A stretch of DNA of 63,967 nucleotides, the filler included, from Bonamia ostreae (taxonomy: Eukaryota), in the NCBI GenBank assembly GCA_040357525.1. It is 10 parts of 10 records of this genome, joined end to end, with 100 filler letters (N's around TTAATTAATTAA, not from the genome) between each part and the next. Parts side by side here need not be neighbours in the genome. Positions count along the whole stretch, not along the records: positions 45,771 to 52,136 come from JBDODL010000129.1; positions 52,237 to 58,574 come from JBDODL010000130.1; positions 58,675 to 63,967 come from JBDODL010000205.1; 7 more parts are not named here. One strand, 5' to 3'. The notes beneath the pieces were generated by a model. It was given only the letters and a program-made list of their open reading frames with translations, made no database searches and was not told the origin of the DNA. Positions 50,935 through 63,209 of the stretch are shown piece after piece (within the stretch, counting starts at the first letter, position 1; the number at the start of each line of letters is the position of its first letter). Both the position numbers and the translations under genes were made by a program.

Positions 50935-52136
50935 ATATTTATTTGAAGACAAAACATGTCTTTTTTTGGACTCACTTTTCTTATTTTGTGTATTTTAGAG
51001 CATTTCAATTTTGATTTTATTGCTTTTTCAGCTCTCTTTTTAGTCAAATTTGCATTATTTATTATTTCATTGCGAAATAATAAATTGTCATTATTAAAAA
51101 TTTTCGAAAAAGTGCAAAATGATTTTGAAACTAAAATCTTTAAAACTCTGATAATATTGTTTTGATCATCCAAATCGTTGCTGAAACAATAACAGAAAAT
51201 AGTTATGTTTGAATGAGTCATTATTATTTTTTCAAAACAATCTTTTAAAATTTGTAAAAATTGTCATTTTGTATAAGAAATTTAAAGATTGACCTAAAAA
51301 TGAAATAGCCAAATCGGGCAAATTCATGATAACAAAAATTTTGTTTTTCGTTTTATTGTTTTTTATAAACGGCAAAAAAGTTTTTTTGAAAAATATTCTG
51401 GCGTCGCTATTATAAACTTTTATGCTCTGTTTCTTTAGCTTTTTATTTAACATAAAATATAAAAATATCAAAGAAAAAATAAGAAAGTTTGCCAACTTTG
51501 AAAAAAATAATTTTTATAAAATTGGCCGACTGTTTTGTCTGGAAACAGTTTAATAAAAAGAAATTTTGCGATTACAATTTGCCAAAACATTAATTTTTAT
51601 GTTAAGTTTCAAATAATGAATTGAATCGGCGTTGAGGTCGTTAGCGTAAACTTCACATCCTTTTTTAGCAGCTGGAATCGAAAATGGCCCTACTCCACAA
51701 AACATGTCAACTATTATAAATTAGTCAAATGACAAACATACCACATTTTTTCCTTTCACCATTTTCAGAACGCGTTGATGTTCTTGCGACAAACGCGAAT
51801 TCCAGAAGACTTTGCTGTAGTCTAGTTTAAATCTGCATCCATGCTCTTTCTAGATTGTTATGTTTGGTCATTTGAAAAAATGTGTTAAAATTAGCTGAAA
51901 TAATATCAGAGAATGAGACGAAAAAAATGTCAAAAGTACGATCACGGTAACAAAGTTATTTTCTCCCGCCATCAATTCCATTTTGAAATGTCTGTATTCT
52001 GTATCGATATTATCGACTTTGTTAACTACCGTTTTTATGTGCTTGTTTTTCTATTTTAAACAAAAATTGTCAACAAAACAACTTCTGATAAATTATAACA
52101 ACTCTCGATAAATCTCATCTAGAAATGGTTAAAATG
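50931..52136 (-). CDS. TRM5: tRNA (guanine-37-N1) methyltransferase (5'-partial)
   Basis: [72 protein letters not shown]. Confidence 0.93.
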
Positions 52137-52236
52137 NNNNNNNNNNNNNNNNNNNNNNNNNNNNNNNNNNNNNNNNNNNNTTAATTAATTAANNNNNNNN
52201 NNNNNNNNNNNNNNNNNNNNNNNNNNNNNNNNNNNN

Positions 52237-54531
52237 AAACTGACACCATCGTCAATTGGATCAATCAAGGCCATTTCCCGGCCCATATAAAAACTAAATC
52301 CGTAGAAGAAACGAGCTTTAGGAGAATCGACAAGATTCCGATTTTTTCTGTGATTTATTACAAAAAAGAGCAAAAGCCTCCTGGAAAAACAGAACTGGGC
52401 GAAGTCGATGTGTCGACTGTAGGACCTCCGCCGAAATCGGGCGAAATTCATTGGCTCTACATCGACAACGAAAGTTACAAACTTCAATTATAAAAAATTA
52501 CAATTTGTAAAGAAAAAGTGCAAGGGCCATTTGCAAATTCGCTGATGCACAAATGGCACGAAGACGGTCATTTTGACCGTTCTTTGTTGGTGCGCAAATA
52601 CGAGAACGAAGAACAAAACAAATTATTGGTACGATCTGATTTTTGTGCAATTTCAGAAATCAAAAATTGCGACGTTGTCAAAGACTGTTTATAATAACTA
52701 ACTAAATTTATGCGCCATAAAAGCCCCAAGGGCTAATTAGCGCAGAATAAATATGTTGAAAAATTAAAATTTTAAGGGCAATCCTTTGAACGACTAAATT
52801 GGTTTTATCTCGATGAAGACGGTTTTTTAAAAAAGACAAAATTCAATTTTTGTAGCAATGTGTTGTAACTGTTCATTTTGTGGAGTTTTTAGAAGCTTTA
52901 AATTTTATAACAATTTGCATATAGTATGCTGTGTCTAGCAATGTCTTAATTTTAGAATTGCATGACGCTTTAAAAATTTAAATATTTTCCTTTTCGGTCA
53001 ATAAAGATTTAACCAAATCTCTCCCGTTTTTATTTCATGTTTTGCGGGCATGTGACGTTTCGTTTTAGTATGCGACTTTTCGTTTTCGAAGATATGTCGT
53101 TTTAGTATGCGACATTTTGTTTTCGAAGACATGTCGTTTTAGTATGCGACGTTTCGTTTTCGAAGATATGTCGTTAAATCATTTTAACCATTTCCAGAAG
53201 ATTTATCGGAAATTTATAAAATCTTTTCCTTTTCGGTCAATAAAGATTTAACCAAATCTCTCCACATAAATCAAGTTGAAATCCTAATAAATATTGAATT
53301 TCAAATTTACAAAATTTACAAAATTTACAACTTGGAAAAAATAACGTCCCTTTACAATATTCAAATGAGGTCAAAAAACATTCCGCCTTTACAACAACCC
53401 ATTACAATAAAAAAAATTAAAAAATCAGGAAACGAACAAGGGCCCTTTAGTTCGAAAACAATGCTAAAATGGGTGCAAAGAGGGTTCATTCCCGGCGATT
53501 TGCAGCTCAGGTCAGACATCTCCACAGAATATGCGTTGATAAGTTCCTTCGCAAAACCATTCGGAGAAAAATGTTTTTTGCATGATTTTAGTCCCGGAAA
53601 TGCTAAAATGGACCTTTGTTGACGACGAAGGAACTGAGTACGGCAATTTTCCGACATCATTGATGGCTCTTTGGTACTTTAGAGGGTGCTTCAATGAAAG
53701 CACTCTCTGCAAAAACCTTTCTGTTGGCGACGAATACGCCCCTATCAAAGAACGTCGTGCCCATTTCACCAAAGAAGAAGTCGTAGAACTGAAACCAAAA
53801 CACGAAAGCAAATGGTACTATATCGACATGGACAACGGTTAACAATATTAATTTCTAAAGGAAAAGAACAAGGTCCTTTTTCCTCCGAGGCGATGAGGAG
53901 CTGGTACCAAAACGGCTTTCTGCCTGATTTCATCAACGTCAAAAGAATGGGTGAAAGCGCGTACGCACCGATCCAATCAAGAAGAGACTGTGACTTCGCG
54001 GGACAAACAAATTTTGTTAACAATCCAAATTTCCCGTCAACGAATATTATCAACGCAATTAACAATCGCAAAGGTCCGGAAACGAATAGTCGAAATTCGA
54101 AAATTCCGGATGTCCACATTGATAATATAAAAAGACCGGACTTGCAAAGCCCGGATTACGAGGAACCAAAATGGTTTTATGTGGGCCAAAACGGGTCTGA
54201 ATTTGGGCCTTTCAGCTCGGACCAAATGAGGAAATGGTGGTTTGCGAACAAACTTTCGGGGGATTTGATCGTTCGGAAAGAAAGAGAAAGCTTGGACATG
54301 GCGAAACCGATTAAAGAGAGAAAATGCTGCTTTAAGCACGAACAAAGCTATTTTGATAGATTAAAGTCAGAAAGCTCGAAAAATGAAAGCGAGAAACCGA
54401 GTGAAAAGCCGTCTAGATTGTCAGGGAGAAAACTTGAGACGCGACGGAAAGTAGTGGAGAACATTTCAAAGTTGTCAGCTGCGTTGGACAATATTGATTC
54501 AAGGAATTTTAATAAAAACGACAATTTTTAG
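52237..54531 (+). CDS. tandem multi-GYF-domain protein (5'-partial)
   Basis: Repeated W.Y.D..G..QGPF....M..W...G.F units: five complete plus one half. Confidence 0.88.
52985..53263. repeat. 40-bp direct repeats enclosing a 37-bp x3 tandem array (intronic)
   Basis: TTTTCCTTTTCGGTCAATAAAGATTTAACCAAATCTCTCC at 52985 and 53224; inner TCGTTTTAGTATGCGAC...CGAAGATATG units. Confidence 0.85.
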
Positions 54532-54810
54532 TTTCTCCATTGATAATATTTATTTTTTCTTTATAAAAATTGTCTTTTTATCCAAGTTTCTCAGGTTAAA
54601 ATAATTTGTTATTAGAACGCAAGTCTCTTTTTCTTTTTCGTGAAGGCAAGGCTGACGCAAAATTAAAAAAAAAGTTGACAGGAAACCAAAAAACCACTTT
54701 CCTTCTACGCGAACAAAAAATCTCAATTTAAGCTTGAATTAGTACAAATGTATTTAGAAATGAAAATATTATGATGAAAATATTATAATTTTTAGAAATT
54801 ATTTAGACAA

Positions 54811-57566
54811 ATGCTTTACAAAAGATTCAGAAGCAAAAAGTTAACAAGAAAAGAAAAGAGAAAAAATGCCAGAAAAGAAAAGAAGAAATCCCGTTTTTTA
54901 AAACAACGCGGAACGTCGCATTTTCAAAATTCACAACGCTCTATTAAAAAAATTATAAAAAACGACAACGCCATATTCAAAAACAAAACGAGCAAAAAAG
55001 ACCAAAGCTCGACGGGAATTCCGGCCTTAGACATACTTGGTCGAGTTTGGCTATTTTTAATATTTAAAGATGGCTGACAATATATTAGAATCTGCCGAAA
55101 ACAACGACTATTTAGAAAACAAAAGAACTCAATCGCAAATGAGCAAAACAAAGAAAACGAAAAATGGCGAAAACAAAATAAAATCGCAATTTTTTGGCGA
55201 AAAGCTAAATCTCACAGAAAAATTTATCCCCAAATTCAAACAGACAGAAAACAAAAACATCGAAAAAAATGTTAACACAAAAGTGCGAATTCAAATAAAC
55301 AAGCTCACTCCAAACAATATCGAAATTATAGTTTAAATTGTAAAAATTAGACAAACGAAATTTTAAAATTATATTCCGATTTCTCGCAAAACGGTTTTTA
55401 CAAAATCTTTAAAATATTAAAATAAAATTTATCAATAACAATAAAAGATTAATAAAAAAATTGATTTAAAAAATTAGAAACGAACGAAGCGATAATGGAT
55501 TGCGTTTTCGATTCACTTTTTATGGAAACTGAATTCTCTGATACTTTGGCGATAACTTCATCCGGTTTGATCGCCGCGATCAACTTTTCGAACATCGAAT
55601 TGAATTATGGTTATAATTGCAAATTTTTAGATGTTTTCTTTTTGGACAAAATCGTCAACAGATTTTCGCATTTTTATAATGAAAAGGATACCTTAAAGAT
55701 ACAAAAAACAATGCTCTTGATCGCTTATCTTTATTGTTTTAAAGTTTTTAAATTGACAACAAAAATTGGTCATTAAAAACAAAAATTGACAATGAAATTT
55801 GGCCATTAAAACAAAAATTGACAACAATTTATTTGCCATTAAAAAATCGACAACAAAATTTGGCCATTAAAACAAAAATTGACAATTATTTATTGGCCAT
55901 TAAAAAGAAAAACTAAAAAATCAAAATTTAGCAAAAAATATTTTAAAGGTAATTGATGTGAAACTAATATCAGACATTCTTGAAAAACTTTTAAACTCGT
56001 TTTTGGAATTCGATCTTCAAATGCTTTTAATATTCGTGAAAGAAGTTTCGCACAAACTCCGAAAAGAAAATTCCGCCATTTTCCAGCAATTTTTCAATTC
56101 GTTAAATAACAAATTTTCCAGTTTAAACGAAAAAGAACTGAAAGTTTTGAAACTACAATTAAAACTTTCAGATAATTTAACTTAAAAAACGAATATCTAA
56201 AAAAAGGAAAAATCGAAAAAGTTCAAATATTTGGTCGAATTTATAAACGACGTTAAAACCAAAAATAGCAAAGATAAAGACATCGTCACTAAAACTCAAA
56301 AATGGCTAAAAAATTTTATCTGCAAAAACGGAATTACAACAAAGAAGAATAGTTTGTGCCTCGGACTTTCAGACTTCACACAAAATGACAAAATCGGAAA
56401 ATGGTGGATCGATTTGCAACTGAAAAACAAAAACAAAAATAAAAATTTTGATCTGCTAAACGTCGTTAAAGACGAAAAACTAAAAAAATCGCTTTTCGAA
56501 AGTTCGGGTCGTTGTGGAATGTCAACCAACGCGCAAAAAATAATTTTTGTGTTGATTCAATCTTCCGAAGTTTTTACGTTACTAATGCCTAATTTCCACT
56601 TTTCCCCAAAAATTGGAAAAATTTTTGTAAACAAAAAATTTTGGTTAAACTAGAAATTTTGTTCATTTAAAAAACGTCATTGACAAGAATGGAGTGACAG
56701 CGTTGAAAAGATTAATTTTACTGTTCGACAACGCAAAATCAAAATTGATTTTGCCGAACGTTGAGAGAAAAATCCAAAACGTTTTGGAGCGAGAAATCGT
56801 TTCTGTTCTTTTCAAGTGCTGCTCCAGAGAAAGCGATTTTAATCCATTTTATTGCTTTCTGTTCGAAAGACTTGCGACTTACAGAAAAAGCTTCGGATTT
56901 ACGATAAAATTGTATATATGGGATTTCATTAAAGATAATGTTGATGACGAAAAGAGGGAAATTGGAATTTTCGAGATGTTTTTTTGTAAATTTTTTGTTT
57001 AAAAAATTTTACTGAAATTTTTTGTTTAAAAATTTATAGAAAAAAAGAAACGAAACAAAAACTGAAGAACATGGCATGTTTGACCGCAGAACTAATATTG
57101 CGAAAGGTGATCTGGTTAAACCTATTGAAGAAGCTGAATTTTGACTTGTTAAGAAACAAGATTTTGTTTTATGTTTCGACCTTGTTTTGCTATTTAATGG
57201 TTGGGCCAAAAAGCTCGGACGATCTGATCAAAATTTTTTCAAATTTGAATGTTTTAAAAAAAGTTATTTCGAATTTCAAAAAATTATTTCGTATTACAAA
57301 TTTGAATAAAAGTTGTTTCCTTTATAAAAAAGTTATTTCGTTTTCAAAATGTTTTTTCTCAAAAAATTTTTAATAGAAATTTGGCTAATAGAAATTTGAT
57401 TAATAGAAATTTCTCATTAAAAAATTTAATAAAGGAACCTCTGAAAGAAAGCATCAGCGATTTTTTGGAGCGCACCAAAATAAAATATTGCGGCGATGAA
57501 GATTTAATCGGCGATAAACAGATTTTTGCGGAAAGACTGAACTTTGTCGTAGAAATATTAAATTAA
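54811..57566 (+). CDS. NOM1: nucleolar MIF4G/MA3 protein (Sgd1/NOM1)
   Basis: LTRKEKRK, INKLTPNNI, GKWW, MSTNAQKIIF..IQSSE, EREIVSVLFKCC..E..FNPFY. Confidence 0.85.
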
Positions 57567-57613
57567 TTTTTTATTTTCGATTTCGATAACCGCAATAAAA
57601 AATCGACGCAAAT

Positions 57614-58354
57614 TTAATCGCGAAGAATCTCCTCGATAAAATCCGCGCCGTGCTTTTCTCTCAACACCACCAAAAACTCCGTCCACCATTTCGGCGCTTC
57701 TTCGTCTGAAGGAGCGTCGTCTAAAATCGGGCTGACGTCTTTGTATCGGCGAGTGGCCGCGTCGAATATCCTCAGCGCTTCCACGGGACGCGGGATGTAG
57801 ACGCGTTTGCCGTTTTCATCTTCGACCTGCCAGTTTTTCTGCTCTTCCTCGGGCATTCGGAAGACCAACCTGTCGAACATTCGGTTGACCATTCCTTGTC
57901 TGAGAGTGCGTCTGAACTGCGCCTTGCAAGTCGGCTCCAGCAGCAGTTTTTTCCAGAAGGAAAACTTGCTGGCTCTGTAGAAGCCCAAAGACTCGAGAGA
58001 GATGTTGCTGAGTTGCCATTTTCCTTTGTGGTAACAGTATTCGACTAGTTGGCTAGGACTGATCGTGTCGTAGGAAATGCCGCAATTCGTAGTGGCGATT
58101 TCGATTGAGGTCTGGTCGTCTCGGAGAACCAAAACATATTCTAATTGAGCGTTTGCCGTGATTGCGCCGAGCAAAACGGTTTTGTCGGGGATTTTAAGAA
58201 ATTTCTTGTACAAAGAACTCCGCGCTTTTTCAATTCGGTAAACTTTAAGCGGTTTTAGCAAGTTTGTTTCAAAATCTTGCAAATTTGTGATTTTAATCAA
58301 TTTTTCCAAATTTTCTAGATTTATTATTTTGGTTACATCTTCAGATATTTCCAT
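57614..58354 (-). CDS. intronless globular-looking hypothetical protein (246 aa)
   Basis: Long GC-richer ORF with normal globular composition; no family recognised. Confidence 0.8.
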   Translation of the reverse strand: MEISEDVTKIINLENLEKLIKITNLQDFETNLLKPLKVYRIEKARSSLYKKFLKIPDKTVLLGAITANAQLEYVLVLRDDQTSIEIATTNCGISYDTISPSQLVEYCYHKGKWQLSNISLESLGFYRASKFSFWKKLLLEPTCKAQFRRTLRQGMVNRMFDRLVFRMPEEEQKNWQVEDENGKRVYIPRPVEALRIFDAATRRYKDVSPILDDAPSDEEAPKWWTEFLVVLREKHGADFIEEILRD

Positions 58355-58674
58355 TTGTGCTGATTTAGCCAGACTTTTTTTATATTTGGTTAATTAATAT
58401 TCTTTATTTGTAATGTTTGTTCTGAAATCTAAAACAAAATTAAATTCAAAATTTTTGAACAGTTTTATTTTCGTTTTGTATTTTTTCAGGTTTGAGTATT
58501 TTTCGATCAAATTATTTTTTTTCTAAAATTTAAATATAATAAATCTGTTTTCAATAGATAATAGATTTAAGTATNNNNNNNNNNNNNNNNNNNNNNNNNN
58601 NNNNNNNNNNNNNNNNNNTTAATTAATTAANNNNNNNNNNNNNNNNNNNNNNNNNNNNNNNNNNNNNNNNNNNN

Positions 58675-60417
58675 TTGCATCGAAACAAGATTTGCCAAAG
58701 GTGAAAAAATTAATGGGCAGTTCTTTAAAACCCCTCAAAAGCTGCTTATTGTTAAAGTTTTTTTCGTTTTGTATACCAGAGAGAATTTATCCTCTTATTC
58801 GCCCTCCATTTTTGGGAAAGGGTGGAAAATTGATAAAATTTTCAATTTCCAAATATTAAAATTGACAAATGTTTTTCAATAAAAACGATCTTTAAGACGA
58901 GACGGTTTTTGCAGGATAATTCTCGAAGCGGTCGCAAGCAAAGCTGCCAGTAATTTGAAGCAGATCAGAAAATTCGTTAGAGCTACATTTTTGTTTTCGC
59001 AGTTTCAAATTGATAAAGTTGTTATATTAATAAAATTTAACATATCTCATTAACCTTATTTAAAATGTTTCTAAAAGTTATTTTGTAAACTCTATTTTTA
59101 GCGATATTTTGCTTTGCAACTAAATTTTTGCAAAGCGAAGATTATCATTTAATTATCAACGTTTTGGCATCTTTGTAATTTCATCAACAATTTAAAACAG
59201 TCCCAAATGACTTTAAATATTTTTTTGTATTTTTAAACGTCGCAGATTGAAGAGAAAGAAGGGGAACATTTAAGTTTTCTGCTGGAAAATAGATTTTTAG
59301 TCGAACAAATAAAAACACAGTCTCCAAAATTCAAAAAATTGGATTTGGAAGACCAATTAGTATTGTCAAAACCGACTTTGACACTATCGAAAACACAAAG
59401 AAAACGAAAAAAAGATTTGTTGTCAAACTTGTGGCTAGACCGAAGAAAGATGAGTTCAACTAAAACAAAGCATTACTTTTCTACTCAATTCGGAAATGCT
59501 ACTTTTTTCAGTGGCCTTAATCCATCAGAGGCCATATCCATCAAAAAAGAACTTGACCTTGCGAGAAAAGGGCTCGTGTTGAAAGGAAACTTGCATCTCT
59601 GTTACCTCGTGACCCCAATCCAATATGTTTCGATCGAACCTGATTGGGCCTTCTTCTATCAAGTTTCCGTCCGAAATATTAAAAGATATTCAATTCCCTC
59701 TCGCCAATATTTGCGAAAACGGCCAATAGACTCGGAATAAGCGAGTTTTATTTATCCCGGTGCGCTTACAACCCTCCTTCGTACCAATGCATGTCCCCGG
59801 AAGCAATCTCACATCGCAGATTTTTTCTCGCGCTAATGTTGTCAGAAATAATAAACGAAAAATCTCTGAGCGAAATTTCGGCGCGATTCGGCGCTGAAAG
59901 AGGGCAACTCCAAGCACTGCAAAACTCGGCCGCCGCAATGGCAGCAACACTCGCGCTATTCTGCGAACGGCTTCGGTGGCCAGTAATGGCGTCACTTCTC
60001 GCTCATTTCTGCGAAAGAATAAATTTTGGCGTCCAGGGCGAACTGCTGCCGTTGTTGCAGATTCCACACGTGAAAGCGTTCAGAGCTCGCGCCCTTTTCG
60101 ATTCCGGCTTCACTACGATTGAAGCGGTCGCGGAGGCTTCCAAAGCGCAGATAAAAGAAGCCATTTCGCGTTATCAATGCTTCAGCGCGCCTGATTCGAA
60201 AGAAGGACTGCTGAAAGAAAGAATAGAACGACGGACGACTGAACTGATACAGAAAGAGGCAAACGCGCTGATATCACAGCGCTTGGAAAACATGCAAGGC
60301 GAATTCGAGGAGACGACTGAATTAGAGAAATTGGACGAACAATTGCAAAATCACAGAATGAGAGAGACCGGGAAAGATTTTGAGATGGAAGAAATTGATT
60401 CTATTTTCGACTATTAA
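58675..60417 (+). CDS. POLQ/HELQ-type SF2 helicase, C-terminal part; no polymerase domain follows
   Basis: LHLCYLVTP, HRRFFLALML..I.E, RGQLQALQ, FCERL.W, RINFGVQGELLPL..IP.VK..RARALFDSGF. Confidence 0.88.
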
Positions 60418-60931
60418 AAATTTTAGTTCTTTGCAAATTTAAAAATGTACATCGCAAACATAGAATACATATTCTGCAAAACCAGTCGAGATTTAAAATT
60501 ATCTGCACCGTCTTCTTTTTTAGGCAAAAAAAATTATAATGGAGCAAAATTAATCTTCGACGAAAGAAAATTTTATGCGGAGAACAAGAAAGCATTTAAA
60601 GCGATTTTTTCGACTTCTTCGCAAGTCTCGAAAAATCGTCTTTGGAAGAATTTACAAAAAAATTTCCGTTTATGAAGAAAAATCATTTGAAAGGATTGTA
60701 CACTCTGTACAACAACATATTTCAGTTTTTTAGTTAACTAAAATTTTTTCAAATTAAAAAATATCACCGCTAAATTTGACCAAAATTTCAAAAAATTATT
60801 TATTTAGCAGATTAATGACTTAATGACATTCGTAGATTAATGAAACAAATCAAAAGAATACAAAATTAAATATAAAAATCAAACCAGTTTTTTTAAAATT
60901 TTCAATATAGAAACAAACCAAAAACAAAAAA

Positions 60932-61779
60932 ATGACAACTTTTTATTTCATTCTCTTACTGTTTGTAAAAACATTATGTTTTTATTTAATTTTGTAGTAA
61001 CATATAAACAATGTACACCGAGACAAACATCAAATATTCGGAACACAAGACCTTTATTTCATTGTTCGAAAAGTTCCTCGTTCTGTGTAGAAGTGTGTAT
61101 GCCTTGTTTTAAAGCGGTTGAAGGAGATCATAGACTTGTATGTGATCCCCTAACTGGCAGCTGGAAGGGACAGCCCTTAAAATGCAAAAGAATGAGTTTT
61201 TATGATTATTTAATTTCATCAGTTATTTTTCACCGTTTTTAGTTTATCTGTAAAAATCAACTTTGGAATCGACCAGTTTGGATTAAATTTATTTTTCTCT
61301 AAAACGGAAAATTTAAATTTTTAGAGCTATTTTGTATTAAAAACGAAACATTTTATTTTCAAAAACTTTCTGAAATTTGCCGTTAAATTTTTGTGATTCT
61401 TAAATTCAAAAGAATGTGGTGATTTCAATTCTACGGGAGTTTTCGAATCAATGGAATTAGTTGATCCAGATTGCACTGACAAAGGAAATTGCTCAGTTCA
61501 ATGTAAACGAAAATTTAAAGAAAAGGGCAACGTTAAAAGTTTAGTTTGTAGCCCAGAAATTGATCAAAACGGTATTTGTTCACCAAAATGGAAAATAAAG
61601 CATACTGAAAATGAAGATCCTCTATCTTGCGGTTTACAAATTAAAAAAATAAAATTTTTGAAGAGGCGACAGAGGAACATAATACTTTGTTAGGGATAGT
61701 AATTGTTTGTTACATAATGATCCTCTTTTTACTTGGTGTCTGCGTTAAAAGATCAAAAGAAAACACAAACAATGAATAA
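60932..61779 (+). CDS. Cys-rich Sushi/CCP-like type I membrane protein, paralog 1
   Basis: Signal peptide; C...C.P.FKAVEG....CDPLTGSWKGQPLKC; second Cys module; TM; short tail. Confidence 0.75.
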
Positions 61780-62002
61780 AAATCACATATCTCTTTTTTT
61801 TCCATGTAAAAACCGTCTGAACCAGTAAAATAAAAACTATTAACATTGATTGCTTTATAGTGATACGGAAAATTGGCTTTTGTTTATAAATGCAGATAAA
61901 AACAAATTTAGTTTTTTATATTTATATAGACACAATTCGTTGATGAAACAAACCTTTGAAAATCGAATTTATTAAAATTCCATAACAACAAACCAAATAA
62001 AA

Positions 62003-62758
62003 ATGAATACAATTCAATACTTAATTTTTACACTACTTTTTCATCATTATTGTTTTTTGTGTAAAAAATAGTTACAAAGGATTGCCCGCAATTGGTAAAC
62101 CAAACTGCCCGGAACACGAGATTTTTGTTTCCCTGTGATATGAATTCTCCATATTGCATTGAAGTATGCAGGGAATGCTTCAGACCTATTAAAGGGGATA
62201 ACAATCGAACTTGTGACTTCAGAACGGGAAATTGGGATGGCCAAAATTTAAATTGCACTTCTACAGGTAAATTTTTAATATTTAACTGGATTTGAAAACT
62301 TATTTTTATATCATTCTTTCGTTTTTTGAATCATTATCTCTTAGATTGCGAGGATTTTAGTCCAGTAGGTCAATTCGATTCGATGGAATTAGTAAATCCC
62401 CTTTGTGTTTCAACCGGAAAATGCCAAGTTGCTTGCAAAAATTTGTCGATACAAAAAAATGAAAACGATGAAATTGTTTGTTCCCCTTTCGTTGACGACA
62501 ATGGTAATTGCAGTCTCAAATGGAAATTTGCTTATAAGGAAAACAAGGAAAATATTGAATGCGGTTTTTATTGCTACAAATCATTTCAACAACAAAGAAT
62601 CTTCAAGCTTATACGGAGGTTATGTAGCATTATTGGTAATGGGATACACTTTGATAATTGGTATGTTGAGTGTATGCATAATTCAAGCTGAAAAGGAGAA
62701 AAAGCGAAAAGCGAACTTAAAAAATCAAACAGATGAAGCCGACATTGTGACATATTAA
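62003..62758 (+). CDS. Cys-rich Sushi/CCP-like type I membrane protein, paralog 2
   Basis: Same Cys spacing and intron positions as paralog 1; GDNNRTCDFRTGNWDGQNLNC. Confidence 0.75.
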
Positions 62759-63209
62759 TAACTTGTAAATAAATGAAGGTATTTAAAATATCTTCAATTA
62801 ATATCTAAAGTTCGTAGCTATTTTTAAAGAAAAAATTTCCGATGACGTTTTAAATTATTTTTCTATGAAATAATTTCCTTCCCTATCTAGAACATTATGC
62901 CTCAAAAAAACTGCAAGTAGACAAATTCGATTTACAGATATTGAAAATTGCGAAAATTTTTGTGTTTTCTAGTTTACAAAATTTATTTTTAAAAATTGCG
63001 ATTCTTTGTTTTGGAAATAATCTTTTATTCTTCGCTTTTACCGATATTTTAATATTGGAATATGTACATAATAAACAAACCAATTTAAAATTTCGATAAA
63101 CTTTTATAATTATTATGATAAACCAAACACATAACACGGAAACTATTAATTCGAAGACAAACCTAAACAATTTAACCTTTAACCAATAAAAACAAATCTA
63201 AAACCAAAA

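Noticed and set aside
6478-58674. Regularly spaced TTAATTAATTAA palindrome about every 6.5 kb
   Set aside because: Artificial six-frame-stop linker between size-sorted contigs; not biological
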